Source: Mobula birostris (lineage: Eukaryota). From it: a DNA stretch of 64,000 nucleotides. Within the stretch, counting starts at the first letter, position 1, and each line of letters begins with the position of its first letter. The notes beneath the pieces were generated by a model. It made no database searches, was not told where the DNA came from, and saw only the letters and a program-made list of their open reading frames with translations. Positions 12,346-23,934 of the stretch are shown piece by piece. The translations under genes were made by a program, and so were the position numbers. The DNA lies in the NCBI RefSeq assembly GCF_030028105.1, contig NC_092383.1, positions 87,377,921 to 87,441,920 on the forward strand. The letters run 5' to 3'.

Positions 12346-15074
12346 ACCTGGAATCTGTAGTAATTAGCCTTGATGCTGAAAAGGCCTTTGACTCGGTACG
12401 ATGGGAATATCTCTACCTGGTACTTAAGCGGTTTGGCTTTAATAATCAGGTAGTTGGATGTCTGAAATCTTTATATTCTTCCCCTACAGCCAGAATTAAA
12501 ATAAATGGGAATTTATCTAAAAGAATATCTCTTGAAAGGGGATGTCGACAAGGGTGCCCCCTAAGCCCCATGCTTTTCACTCTTTTTATTGAGCCATTGG
12601 CCCAGGCAGTTAGAGAAGACAAGATTATAACAGGTGTACTGATCAGAGATACAGAATATAAGATTTGTCCATATGCGGATGACATTCTCGTGACTCTTAC
12701 CAGTCCCCAGTGCAGGTTTGCCCAAAATTTTTATCCCTTCTGAAAGAATTCGATTCCTACTCTGGCTATAAATTAAATTTATTTAAAACCCAAACTTTAA
12801 ATTTTAATTATGAACCACAAGGAAACATTTAAAGAATGAGTAAATTCAAATGGAAAGGTAATATTATTAAGTACCTAGGAGTGCAAATACCTGAAGACTT
12901 ATCTACTATGTACGAAAATAATCATATTCCTATAACAGCTGATATTAAGGAAGACTTAAATAGATGGTCATTGCTGCCAATTCATATGTATAATCAAATA
13001 GAAGCCATAAAGATGAATGTATTATCTAGATTGCTCTTTCTTTTTCAGTTATTGCCTGTTGAAGTACCTTTTAAGCAATTTAATGAATGGAAAAGAATGA
13101 TTTCAACATTTATTTGGGGAAAACAGAAAACAATAATTAGATTTCAGACATTACAGCTGCATAAGGATAAAGGAGGATTTGCTGTGCCTTGCTTTGAAGA
13201 TTATTATAGAGCAGCACAGCTGCGCAGTCTGGTCTGCTGGTGTGACCCTCATTGTGAGGCAAAGTGGAAGGATTTAGAACAAAGTCTAATAAATATCCCT
13301 CTCCAATCTATACCAGGGGATAAAACACTCCAAAAGAAGCATTTAATCAAATTGACTCTGTGGACAACAGTCCCTCTAAGCATCTGGTATAAAGAATTTA
13401 AAGACCCAAAATTTGAAAGAAATGTAAGAATACTGCGTTGAGTGGCACATGACACAGAATTTATCCCAGCACAATTGGATGAAAGATTTACACATTGGAC
13501 AAGCAAGGGAATCTCCTTATTCTGTACAATATCCTCCATCAAGGGTTTGGAGTCCTTTCAACAACTCACAGAAACATATCACTTAGAGAAACAAGACTTC
13601 TTTAGATATCTTCAACTAAGACAATATTTTAATAAAAATATTAAAACTATTGGAGAGAAGGGGTTAAGTCCGGTTAATATATTCATTGATTTGTATAAAG
13701 GTAATATTAAAAAGAAACTGATAACCAGGATTTACTCGATTTTACAATCTCTCCACAATGTATGTTAAATCAAAATGGGAGAAAGAAGCCAATATAAAAT
13801 TGACAGAAAATGATTGGTTAAACATATGCAGAACACATTCAATTACTTCAAGCTCAGGTCTGTGGAGGGAATTCACCTGGAAAAATACCTTAAGATTTTT
13901 CATAACGCCAAAAATAAAGTTACAAATTAACAGACCTGAACAAGGTCAATATTGGAGAATGTGTTTGCTGATCATTTTCATATTTTCTGGGAGTGTCCAA
14001 GAGTTTGTCTTGTTGGTTAGATGTGGTAAAAAAGATAAGGTCAATAATCATCCCAGAGATTAATTTTGACTTTAACATTATTTATTTCGGTAATGTACCA
14101 AATGGGCTCAAAAAACATGAAAGGGATTTGTTACAAATACTACTAGCAGCCAGTAAGAAAGCGATTACCAGGAAATGGCTAAGCAAAGAGTCTCCTACAG
14201 TCCTGGAATGGATAGAAAAAGTTCAAGAAAGTTATGTTATGGAACGATTGACTTTCTTTCTGAGACATGCCACGAAAAAATTTGAAAGATACTAGGAAAA
14301 TTGGACATTTTAGTTGAACCTGAAATGACTTCATCATTGTGCACTTATTTGGTATGAAGAACTTTGTTTTATTTTTTCCTATGAAGGAACCTGCAGAATG
14401 GACTTTAAAGTCATGGATCTTAAGGTCCCCTGAGACTTTGAAGGACAATTATGGACATAAGAGTTTGGTTAACCTTGATACAGCAATATAACCCATTTCT
14501 CTATTCATTTTTTCTATTATAAGATACGGATTTTACTTCACCCTTGATGACCCTGTCTGTTTGTTCTTATCCTGTTCATTCTGCTATTCTTACAAAAAGA
14601 AAAAGTACCCATGAACAAAGACAGACAAACAACAAATGTGTAAAAGACAAACAATTATGCAAATACCAAAAGAAAACAAAATAATAATAACAATGATAGG
14701 TAAATAAGGAATAAATACTATTTCAGAACGTGAGTTGTAGAGTCCTTAAAATTGAGCCCATAGGTTGTGAAGTCAGTTCAGTGATAGGTGAAATTATCAA
14801 CTCTGGTTCAGAATCTGTTCCTGAACCTGGTGGTGTGGGACGTGAGGCTCTTGTACCTGCTTCCTGATGGCAACAGCAAGAGGAGAGCATGGCCTGGATG
14901 ATGGATGCTGTTTTTAGTACAGCAATGTGCTCAGCAATGAAGAGGAGTTTACCAGTGATGGACAGGGCTGTATGCACTATCTTTTGTGGTTTTTCCGTTC
15001 AAGGGATGATATTTTCATACCATGCCATGATGCAGTCAATAAGCGTACTGTCCACTGTGCATCTATAGGACTTT

Positions 15075-16110
15075 GTCAGAAAGTGGGGAGGGCAATATGT
15101 GCCTAGTGGTGGGATTCCGTTGGAGATGTCAGAAGTTCTGAAGAATTATGTGCTGGACATGGAGACTCAAGGCTTACCACCCACCAGCTTCCATGTCCAG
15201 CACAGAGGTCTCTGTAACTTCCACCACCTCCAGTGGAATCTCACCACCATGCACATCTTTCCCCCTCCCCCACTTTCTGCTTTCCACAGCAACTGCTTCC
15301 TACGTAACTCCCTTATCCATCCATCCCTCTCCACTGATCTCCCTCCTGGCACTTATCCTTGCAACAAGAACAAACGCCTCACCTGCCCCTGCAGTTCCTC
15401 CTTCACCACCATTCAGGGCCCCAAACAGCCCTTCCAGGTAAGGCAACACTTTACCTGTGAATCTGTTGGGGCCATCAACTGAATCCGGTGCTCCAGGTGC
15501 AGCCTCCTGTATATTGGTGTGACCTGACATAGGTTGGGAGACTGCCTCGCCGAGCACCTATACTCCGTCTGGCAGAAAAAGTGGGATCTCCCAGTGGCCG
15601 CCTGTTTTACTTCTACTTCTCATTCCCATTCTGACACGTCAATCCATGGCGTCCTCCACTGTCGTAATTAGGCTACACTTAGATTAGAGGAACAACACTT
15701 TATAATCCATCTGTGTGGCCTCCAACCTGACGGCATGAACATCGATTTCTCCAGCTTCCAGTATTGCCCTGCCCCTTTCACCATTCCCAATTCCCCTTTC
15801 CCTTCTCAACTTATCTCCTTACCTGCCCATCATCTCCCTCTGGTGCTCTTCCCCCTTTTTTTCTTCCATGGCCTTCTATCGTCTCCTATTAGATTCTCCC
15901 TTCTCCAGCCCTTTATAGGTTTCACCAAACAACTTCCCAGCTCTTCATTTCACACATCCCCCCTCCCCCAGTTTCACCTACCATCTTGTGTTTCTTCCTC
16001 CCCTCACCCCAACTTTTATCTCTGATTCCTCATCTTTTTTCTTCAGTCCTGATGAAGGGTCTTGGCCCAAAACGTTGACTATACTCTGTTCCATATATGC
16101 TGCCTGGTCA
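15075..16110 (+). mobile_element. Penelope-like element 3' part (GIY-YIG endonuclease and 3' UTR), with an inverted copy of its 5' segment
   Basis: PGTYPC..RQHFTCESVGA..IRCSRC.LLYIG..HRLGD..EH..EEQH.I..L.GLQPDGMNIDFS. 15075-15160 is an inverted homolog of about 15194-15290. Confidence 0.88.
16044..16081 (+). ncRNA. Minimal type I hammerhead ribozyme motif, best-preserved copy (G12 mutated)
   Basis: CAGTC-CTGATGA-AGGG TCTTGG CCC-AAAA-CGTT-GACTA. The CUGAUGA core, stem II (GGG/CCC) and stem I are present. GAAA has become AAAA and GUC has become GUU. Confidence 0.7.
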
Positions 16111-16143
16111 TCATTTGAGGACAGACAGGTCTCTGTGAATAAA

Positions 16144-16183
16144 ATGCTGTGGACTTTGCTTGTTTGGATTGGTTTCCTCCCCT
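16144..16183 (+). CDS. Leader (signal peptide) exon of Ig-superfamily receptor gene A
   Basis: MLWTLLVWIGFLP plus 1 nt (40 nt, phase 1). The 5' flank ggtctctgtgaataaaATG and about 110 nt of the following intron align with the paralogous leader at 61042-61081, with the GT at the same position. The donor context is weak (CCT|GTGATT). Confidence 0.75.
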
Positions 16184-17538
16184 GTGATTTACAGACAGCT
16201 CTGGATATTTGCAAAATCAATGTTGGTTTGAGAGTTGTACACCGTTCCCACAACAATGCTCGAATACCCGTCGACACTAAAGATGTCAGAAACTGGAGTT
16301 CGGAATTCAACGGGTCAAGCTGCACCTGTCAAGGGGAGGAGAAATGTCAATGGTTTGGATCGAGACCCTGCATCAAGTGTGAGTGGAGAATGAGATAAAG
16401 TAAATAGGACAGGAGGAGGTGTGAGACTGGGTCCATTAGGTGGTTCAGGACTGAGGAGAGGTGAAGCACAACATGCAAATGGAATGGGGAAGAAAAGGGG
16501 TGGCCTTTGGAGGCTGGTGAGAGGTTGAAACAGATCAGGAGAAAAGGGGAGTCGTGCAGGTGAGGGAAGAATACATCCAGATGGAGAAATCCCCTTGAGG
16601 CTGTTAAGTGGAAACATCAGGTCTTCCATTGCTGGAATCTGATCTTCCTCTGTAAGAATCACTATGACAATTGACTTTATTGTCTTGAAATCATTGTCTT
16701 TCCTGGGTCAGTGGGGCAATCAGTAAAGAATATTACTGGAACTGGAGTCCAAGGTAAACTAGGGTGGGTAGAGATGAAAAGATTTCTCTCCTTCAAGGAC
16801 TTTCTAATCCAGATGGAATTCTGCAATCTGGCAATTCGTCATTATCATTATCAATATGTGGTTTTTAATTCCAGATATAATTAATAAATTTGATCGAAAC
16901 ATACAATATATTTTTACAGAATTTGAAATTAAACTGGATTTCTGCATACTAAAGTAACAACCTTTGTTGCAGCACCTTCTAACTGCACATACAAGTATTT
17001 GACAGGTACAAAATATAATATTTCCTTTGGAATCAGAAGGCACAGTTTCGGGCACTATGAAGGGTTTCTTTCTGCAGTTTATAAATTTGTCTGTAAGTGG
17101 GGAGGAAGTCAGGACATTCACCTCAAGAGATCCCATCAACCACATCTGAATCCTGGAGTTCCCTGGAATCTGAGATGCAGATGCATCCCAAATGAAACAG
17201 CTGGGATCTTTGTCGACATTTCAAAGGCTGAAATATCCTGAAGTAAATGGAAAGCTCAACACTGCGCTGTCCCTCAATACTGCACTGGAAGGTCAGCTCT
17301 GGGTTTCTGCTCAGGACTCTGGAGTGGAAAGTGAACCCACAATGTACTGACACAGGGGAGAGAGCACTGACACAGCTGACACAGTAACAGCACTGACCGC
17401 ACTTCATGCCAAAATCATTGGCTGTGGCGTCATGGACCACATGTGTTGGACATGACCTGGACATGTTTTTACCATCATGTTCAAAAATATTTGTTTGCAT
17501 TGAATTGTTCCTGTCAAATCTGAAAATATCTCCCTCAG

Positions 17539-17859
17539 TTTCAGGTGCATTGTGGGCAGAGAAATATGTAAGAGGAGTCGTCGGAAGAGCGATCACAGTC
17601 GATTGTCACTATGAAGAAAAGTACCGCTCACACACAAAGTATTGGTGCCATGGATGGACTCGTCACTGTTCAGCTTTAGTGGAAACAAATGGGCAACACA
17701 GACAGAGTGGACGAGTGTCAATCACAGATAACCCAGAACAGAGAATATTTACTGTTACTATGGAGGATCTTCGCTCTGGAGATACAGGGTGGTACAGCTG
17801 TGGAATTACAACAGCAGGTGTCGATACGAGATCTAGTGTACATCTACAAGTATCTGATG
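17539..17859 (+). CDS. V-type Ig exon V1 (CD300/pIgR/MDIR-like)
   Basis: ctccctcag|..|gtagg, 321 nt, phase 1-1. SGALWAEKYVRGVVGRAITVDCHY..KYWCHGWTRHC..GRVSITDN..FTVTMEDLRSGDTGWYSCG carries the V-set Cys/Trp/DxGxYxC motifs plus the C-C' extra Cys pair. Confidence 0.95.
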
Positions 17860-18235
17860 GTAGGTTTCTCAGGGATTGACTTTGTGCCTTCCATAAAGTA
17901 AGTGTCTCTTGATCTTTGTCCAAGCATTGTCAATCCCTCACTATCTCTGCATTCACATCAGTGCCAAATGTTCACTTCTTTATGGTAGGTCATTGAACCC
18001 AGTCACAAATTAATTATCTCCTGAAAGCCACCAAACAGATATCTCACATTACTGTGGAATTATAAGACTAGTTTTCAATGGGAGATTTAATTTACATCTA
18101 CAAGTAAAGTAAATGTCTCCTGATCTTTGTCCCCATCCTGTCCATCCCTCACATAAACCCAGTCACAATATCATTTTCTCCTGAAAGACACCAAACATGT
18201 GACAGATATCTCACATCACTGTCTTTAAACAAGAA

Positions 18236-18810
18236 GGGGCCACTTTATTTGGTACCTCCTATACCTAATAAAGTGGCCAATGATTGGATGTTCTTGGTCT
18301 TCTGCTTCTGTGTCCCATCCACTTCAAGGTTCAATATGTTGTATTTTCAGATGCTCTTCAGCACACCACTGTCATAACACACGGTTATTTGAATTCCTGT
18401 CAGTTTCTGTCAGCTTGAACCAGTCCGGCATTTCTCCTCTGACCTCTCTCATTAACAAGGTATTTTTTGTTCACAAAATTGCTGCTCACTGGATGTTTTA
18501 TTTATGTTGTTCACACCATTCTCTGTAACCTCTAGAGACCGTTGTGGGTGAAAATCCCAGAAGATCAGTAGTTTCTGAGATTATCTAACTACACCATCTG
18601 GCCCCAACAAGTATTTCATGGTCAAAGTCACTTTAGATCACCTTTCTTCCTCATTCTGATGTCTGGCCTAAACAGAGACAGAATTTCTTGACTCTGTCTG
18701 CATGCTTAAATGGACTGTATTGCTGCCACATGATTGACCAATTAGATATTTGGATTAATGAGCGGGTGAACAGGTGTGTCTAATAAAGTGGCAGAAGAGT
18801 GTTTGATTTT
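18236..18810. mobile_element. Tc1/mariner-derived non-autonomous element
   Basis: Repeated cctaataaagtggc terminal motifs near 18266 and 18779. A similar element lies at about 59560-60000. Confidence 0.5.
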
Positions 18811-18853
18811 CAGATGTTCATTCAGTGTCTGATTGTTTAATTCTTTCCCACAG

Positions 18854-19174
18854 ATCCTGTGTCTGTTCCTGTGCTTCGATATCTGTCACCAGCAAATGTC
18901 TCACGTCTCGGGGGCTCAATGTCAGTTTCCTGTGAGTCTCTCCAGGGATCCCTTCCCATTCAGTACACATGGTATGAACAAACCTCATCTGGGCATCCAA
19001 AGATCTCAGATACCAATGAACTAGCTCTACATTGTCAATCCTTCAACCAGCAGCACCATCAATATTACTGCAGTGCCTTGAATTGGCTTGGAGCAAGATC
19101 CAGTGCAATGGTTAATGTGACAGTCTTCAACAACGGAGAGATCTGTAGTTATGTGACAGAAATCAATGGCACCA
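18854..19174 (+). CDS. C2-type Ig exon C2a (FcR-like/MDIR)
   Basis: tttcccacag|..|gtaagt, 321 nt, phase 1-1. PVSVPVLRYLSP..SVSCESLQGSLPIQYTWY..LHCQSF..QYYCSALN.LG..S..VNVTV..EICSY. Confidence 0.95.
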
Positions 19175-20489
19175 GTAAGTCCTCCTTTCAAGGGAGGATA
19201 CATTTAAATATTTCTTTTTGTTACTCTGTGACTGCTGCTCTTACACTTCTAGTGAGAGTACGGTATTTCTTTGCATTTGTAGAAGCTACACTTTGCAGAC
19301 ACCTTGGGGTAGAAATAAGGTGTAGTGAACAGTCAGATCCATCACTTCCTCAATGAAGATGTGGAGCATCTCAAACATAGTTGGAATTGCACTTCCAGAC
19401 AAATTGAGAGAATTCCATTCATACTTCCAGCTTGTGCTTTGAAAAGGCCAGAATAGGCATTGAGTTGTGAGACAGTGACACTCATAAAATGAAAAGGAAG
19501 GACAGGTCTGCAAGTAGATAAATCACCTGGACCAGATAGACTGCACCCCAGCATTCTGAAAGAGATAGCTGAAGAGGTTATGAAGGCAATAGTGGTGAAC
19601 TTTCAAGAAGAACAAGACTCTGGAATGTTCCAGAGCACTGGAAATTTGAAAGTGTCACTCCACTCTTTAAGAAGGAAAGGAGGCAAAAGGAAGGGAATTA
19701 CAGAACAGTTATTATGACATCAGTGGTTGGGAAGATGTTGGAGTCCATTACTAAGAACAAGCTTTTTCTTTGCAAACATCCACAAAAACAGAGGAGTGGC
19801 CCAAAGAATGAATGACAGTTAAACGTTAGAACCCCTAAGCCTCCCCCAGCTCCCCCCTCCCATTCACAAGCAGCAGCAAGGCAATGACACCCCTCCTTCC
19901 CACATGAGCAAAAAAAGCACCAACACCCTCCACCGAGCACTCAAACATGCAGCAAAGCATCAATAAAGACACAGACTTGCAGAACCCCAAAGACAACTCC
20001 TCCCAGTAATTCGATATACTGCAGGGTCTCTGTCTCCCAACTAAGAGAAAAGGGGGTCTCCCCGTATCTCAGTGAGAGGGAACATATAACAAACAACTCG
20101 TTGATTTATAATGTTAAATGGCTGTTGCGTCACTTTTCCAAGCTCGGTGCCCAGAGGGTCGGCCCCAGGGCTCAGGTCTCAGGACACACAGCCAGCAGCT
20201 AACCCACTGCTCCCGATGTTCCATGTTCTCCAGAGACGCCTCAGTCAGGGGCACCGGCCGAGAATCAGCATGTCCCCAGAGACACAAAAATCCGGCACCC
20301 TGAATGCAGGCTAGTCTTCCAGGCCACGTCCTTGGGATATCAAAAAGCGGCCGGTCGTAAGGACTTGATAGTGGGTCCCATTTCCGCAAATATCCTAAGT
20401 CAGAGTCAGAGTCTTCCAAAGAACCTTGATAAGGAAAAAAAACGTATATAAAAAAACAGGAATAGAGCCATTTCCAAAGATGCAAGAAA

Positions 20490-20760
20490 AGTGGTAACGT
20501 TACAGCACTATAGGACCATGGTCAGACCCCACTTGGAGTACTATTCTCATTTCTGGTCACCTCACTACAGGAAGGATGTGGAAACTATAGAAAGGGTGCA
20601 GAGGAGATTTACAAGGATGTTGCCTGGATTGGGGAGCATGCCTTATGAGAATAGGTTGAATAAACTCGACCTTTTCTCCTTAGAGCGGCAGAGGATGAGA
20701 GATGACCTGATAGAGGTGTATCAGATGATGAGATACATTGATCGTGTGGATAGTCTTATG
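20490..20760 (+). mobile_element. CR1 LINE RT C-terminal fragment
   Basis: LQHYRTMVRPHLEY..FWSPHYRKDVETIERVQRRFTRMLPGL. Confidence 0.9.
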
Positions 20761-20920
20761 GTCCCATTGTCTTATGGTCATCACTATCTTTAGAAGTTCA
20801 TGAACAGTTCAAGTAAATCATTGACTACTTGAACTGAGTTTCAGGTTGCTGATTAAAATACCTCGCTCACTTTGAGATACAGGAAGGGAACCCAGACCTT
20901 CTATTTGTGTCTATTGTCAG

Positions 20921-20959
20921 ATATGAACAAGGCTGCTGCATTTCATGGCTGTGAACAGG
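20921..20959 (+). CDS. Candidate 39-nt stalk mini-exon (NMNKAAAFHGCEQ)
   Basis: ctattgtcag|..G|gtaata, phase 1-1. Its HxCE segment ttcatggctgtgaa matches ttcatttctgtgaa in the stalk exon at 30985. Confidence 0.45.
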
Positions 20960-22007
20960 GTAATAAGCTTTAAAAATCCATGTAAAACATTATAGGAATG
21001 TCAATCCTATGCGAAGGATGGGCAAGTCATCAGTTTGCTGCTCCACGAGGTTTACCTGTCTCTGTGCTGAACTGAGCCGGTGGCCTGTAACTAACGGCTC
21101 CTTAACTGGCTGCATTGATGACTGGCTTTATGGATGTGGACACACATTTGTGAATTTCAGTTCCAAATTTATTTACTTTCTTTTATTCTTTGCATGATTT
21201 ATTTTTTTACTACACATTGTGTGTTTAACAATGTTTTTGAAAGGATTCTATAGTTTTTTTTTGTTTTGCGGCTCCTTGTAAAGAGAAAATTTGAAGCCTG
21301 TATATTGTATTCATACTTTGACATTAAATATACTTTGAAATTTGAAATTGAACTGCAATATGATTGGCTGTAATCCAATAAACTGTCACACCAATGCAAT
21401 GAAATAGAATTCTGATTTTAACCTTTCAAAAGTATGTTACAGTTTAGAGAGGATGCAGCAGAGTCATAGAGATATAGGCTATGGAAACAGGTGCTTCAGC
21501 CCAAATTGTCCACGCTGACCACAGTGTCTTCCTGAGCTTCTCCCATTTCCTCACATTTGGCTGGTATCCTTCTAGAGCTTTCCTGTCCATGAATGTACAA
21601 ATCTATTTGAAATATTGTTTGTGTACCCACCTCTAGCTCTTCCTCTGGCAGCCTTTTCCACATACACACTGCACTGCTCTGTGTGGAAAACACTGCCCCT
21701 CCAAGTCTCTGCCCTCTCACCTTAACCCGATGCTCTCTAGTTTGTCATTTCCCCTACCATGTGATAAAGACCGTGATTATCCACCATACCTTTGCACCTC
21801 TTAATTTGTAAACCTTTATAAGGTCATCCCCAGCTCTGTTCACTTCAGGGAAAACTGCTCCAACCTATCGATAACCCAGACGCCCCAGTTCCAGCAGCAT
21901 CTTTGTGAATGCTTTCTGTACCTTCTCTAATTTAATCACACTCTTCCTCTGGAACTGCACAGCATAGGCAAGGTGATTATCTTGTCAACGTCCTTTATAG
22001 TTGTAAC

Positions 22008-23934
22008 CATAGTTCTCTCTAAGCTGTGCCCATGTCCACGCACACACACATTTTTCAACCAGCTCACAAAGGAAATTAATGTGCGCACAAAAAGTTAGCT
22101 TCCTAAAATAATGTAGTAGTTAATAAGTATACTTATTGAAAATAATCTTTTAGCTAACTGTTTCTGTTAACTAGTTAGTCAGTTTTTCAAATACCACAAT
22201 GCACATCACTAATTTACGTCACCTCACCTATCCTGTTCCGGTTTCTACAGCTGCATCACGGCGGCAGCCATGTTTGGCGGACAGTGTCCCTATCGGAAAG
22301 TTTACAAAGATCTGTTTCAAATCCTGTAGATAGCTTACTAAATTTTTGTTGGAAAAAATATTGATTCACTATGTCGAATTCAAAAGAAGTGAAGGGCATG
22401 AAGCGCAAAAGAACTGCAAAGTTGTTTAAAGTTGAATGGCTTAACAAAATAGTAGAAACTGTTACACCAAAAGCTCATGAGGTCATGCACGTTCAGCTAC
22501 AAGAAATATTTATGTGTGATTCGGAAACTGGAGTAATCTGTTTGTATTGTCGTGATGCAAAAGTTGCTGGAGAATTTGCTAGTGGAAATAATGGGATGAT
22601 ATTTGGAAACTTAACTTTTTGAAGTGTCATTTGGCAAGTAAATCACATTTGGACGGTGTATAAAAGCTCAGGCAACAGAACCCGTCATTACCCGTTACAG
22701 GAGTGCTACGCATGTTACGGTTGAGTGCAGATGAGCAAGAGCGAAAACGATCAAACTCAGAGGAGATCAAATTTCAGGTACAAGAATGATCGGCTTTTGA
22801 TTTCTCCGCAATTGCAGATTGTGACTTCACTTTTGACGATGAACAAGTTAATACCTTATGTTTAAAATATCATGATTTTCTAGCTGAAAATATTGTAATC
22901 TTTAGACAGTTTAATAATTTCAAATTTTCCACGCGAGAAACAATTTAATCCAAACCGATTTCAAACTTTTCTCAAATGGTGGCATTTGTACCTCAAAATG
23001 AACAGTTTTGCAACCTTGCACAGTTGATGGACATTGGGGGAACCTTTCTTGCGTGTAGTGCGGACTGTGAGCGAGGTTCTAGCCTAATGAATCAACTCAA
23101 AGACAAGCTGAGAGACTGTTTAGGTAAATGTCATTTGGATATGTTAATGAGAATCAAAAGCTATCAATGTGATGGAAGTTCTATTAGTCGAGATAGAGCT
23201 TACAAAGAATGGGTAAATGCCAAAGATCGGAGAGAGAAAAAATAACTGAGTGACTTAAATATGATAAAAAGTAAATATCTCCAACGTGACGGCATGAACA
23301 TTGACTTCTCTAACTTCTGTTAATGCCCCTCCTCCCCTTCATACCCCATCCCTTATTTATTTATTTATTATTATCATTATTATGATTTTTTTCTTTCCCC
23401 TTTTTTCCTTTCTTTTTTCTCCCTCTGTGCCTCTCGCTGTAACTTCTTGCCCATCCTCTGGGCTTCCCCCCCCCCACTTTTCTTTCTCCCTAGGCCTCCC
23501 GTCCTATGATTATTTCCCTTCTCCAACCTCGTATCCCTTTTGCCAATCAACTTTCCAGCTCTTAGCTTCATCCTCTCCCCCTTCGGTCTTCTCCTATCAT
23601 TTCGGATCTCCCCTTCCCCGCCCATTTTCAAATTTCTTACTGTCTGTTCTTTTAGTTAGTCCTGACGAAGGGTCTTGGCCCAAAAAGTCGACTGTACCTC
23701 TTCCTATAGATGCTGCCTGGCCTGCTGTGTTCACCAGCATTTTTTGTGTGTGTGACTTCAGTATGTATGTTATTTTGTTGTTATTCTGAGCAGTTTCATG
23801 TCAAGTATTTTGTAAACCTACATAAACTGTCCCATGTGTGCATTCAGTGCGCACATACTTCTGTCACAGGAAACAAAATTGCACAACATAAGATTTTTAC
23901 GCACACTGGCTACTACAAATTAGAGGGAACATTG
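22008..23934 (+). mobile_element. Internally deleted hAT DNA transposon
   Basis: TIRs CATAGTTCTCTCTAA / TTAGAGGGAACATTG. 8-bp TSD GTTGTAAC (22000-22007) vs GCTGTAAC (23935-23942). N-terminal zinc-finger-like FKVEWL..CLYC and hATC-like SADCERGSSLMNQLKDKLR..LDMLMRI. Confidence 0.85.
23277..23750 (+). mobile_element. Penelope 3' fragment with hammerhead-like motif (23657-23694), nested in the hAT
   Basis: LQRDGMNIDFSNF end of the endonuclease, pyrimidine-rich UTR, then TAGTC-CTGACGA-AGGG TCTTGG CCC-AAAAA-GTC-GACTG. Confidence 0.8.

Larger units (their letters stand above)
8583..14598 (+). mobile_element. Full-length L1-clade LINE (ORF1 + ORF2 EN/RT), decayed
   Basis: 18-bp TSD GAAAAAGTACCCATGAAC at 8565-8582 and 14599-14616. 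ORF1 has RSRRNNI..YPAKL. ORF2 has MNGLQNPIKR..WQETH (EN), ISLDAEKAFD, GCRQGCPLSP and YADD (RT). Confidence 0.92.

Noticed and set aside
17406-17879. ORF-track extensions of the Ig exons (e.g. 17406-17538, 19175-19356) as coding
   Set aside because: They run through clear splice sites into intron. Only the exon-bounded parts match paralogs.
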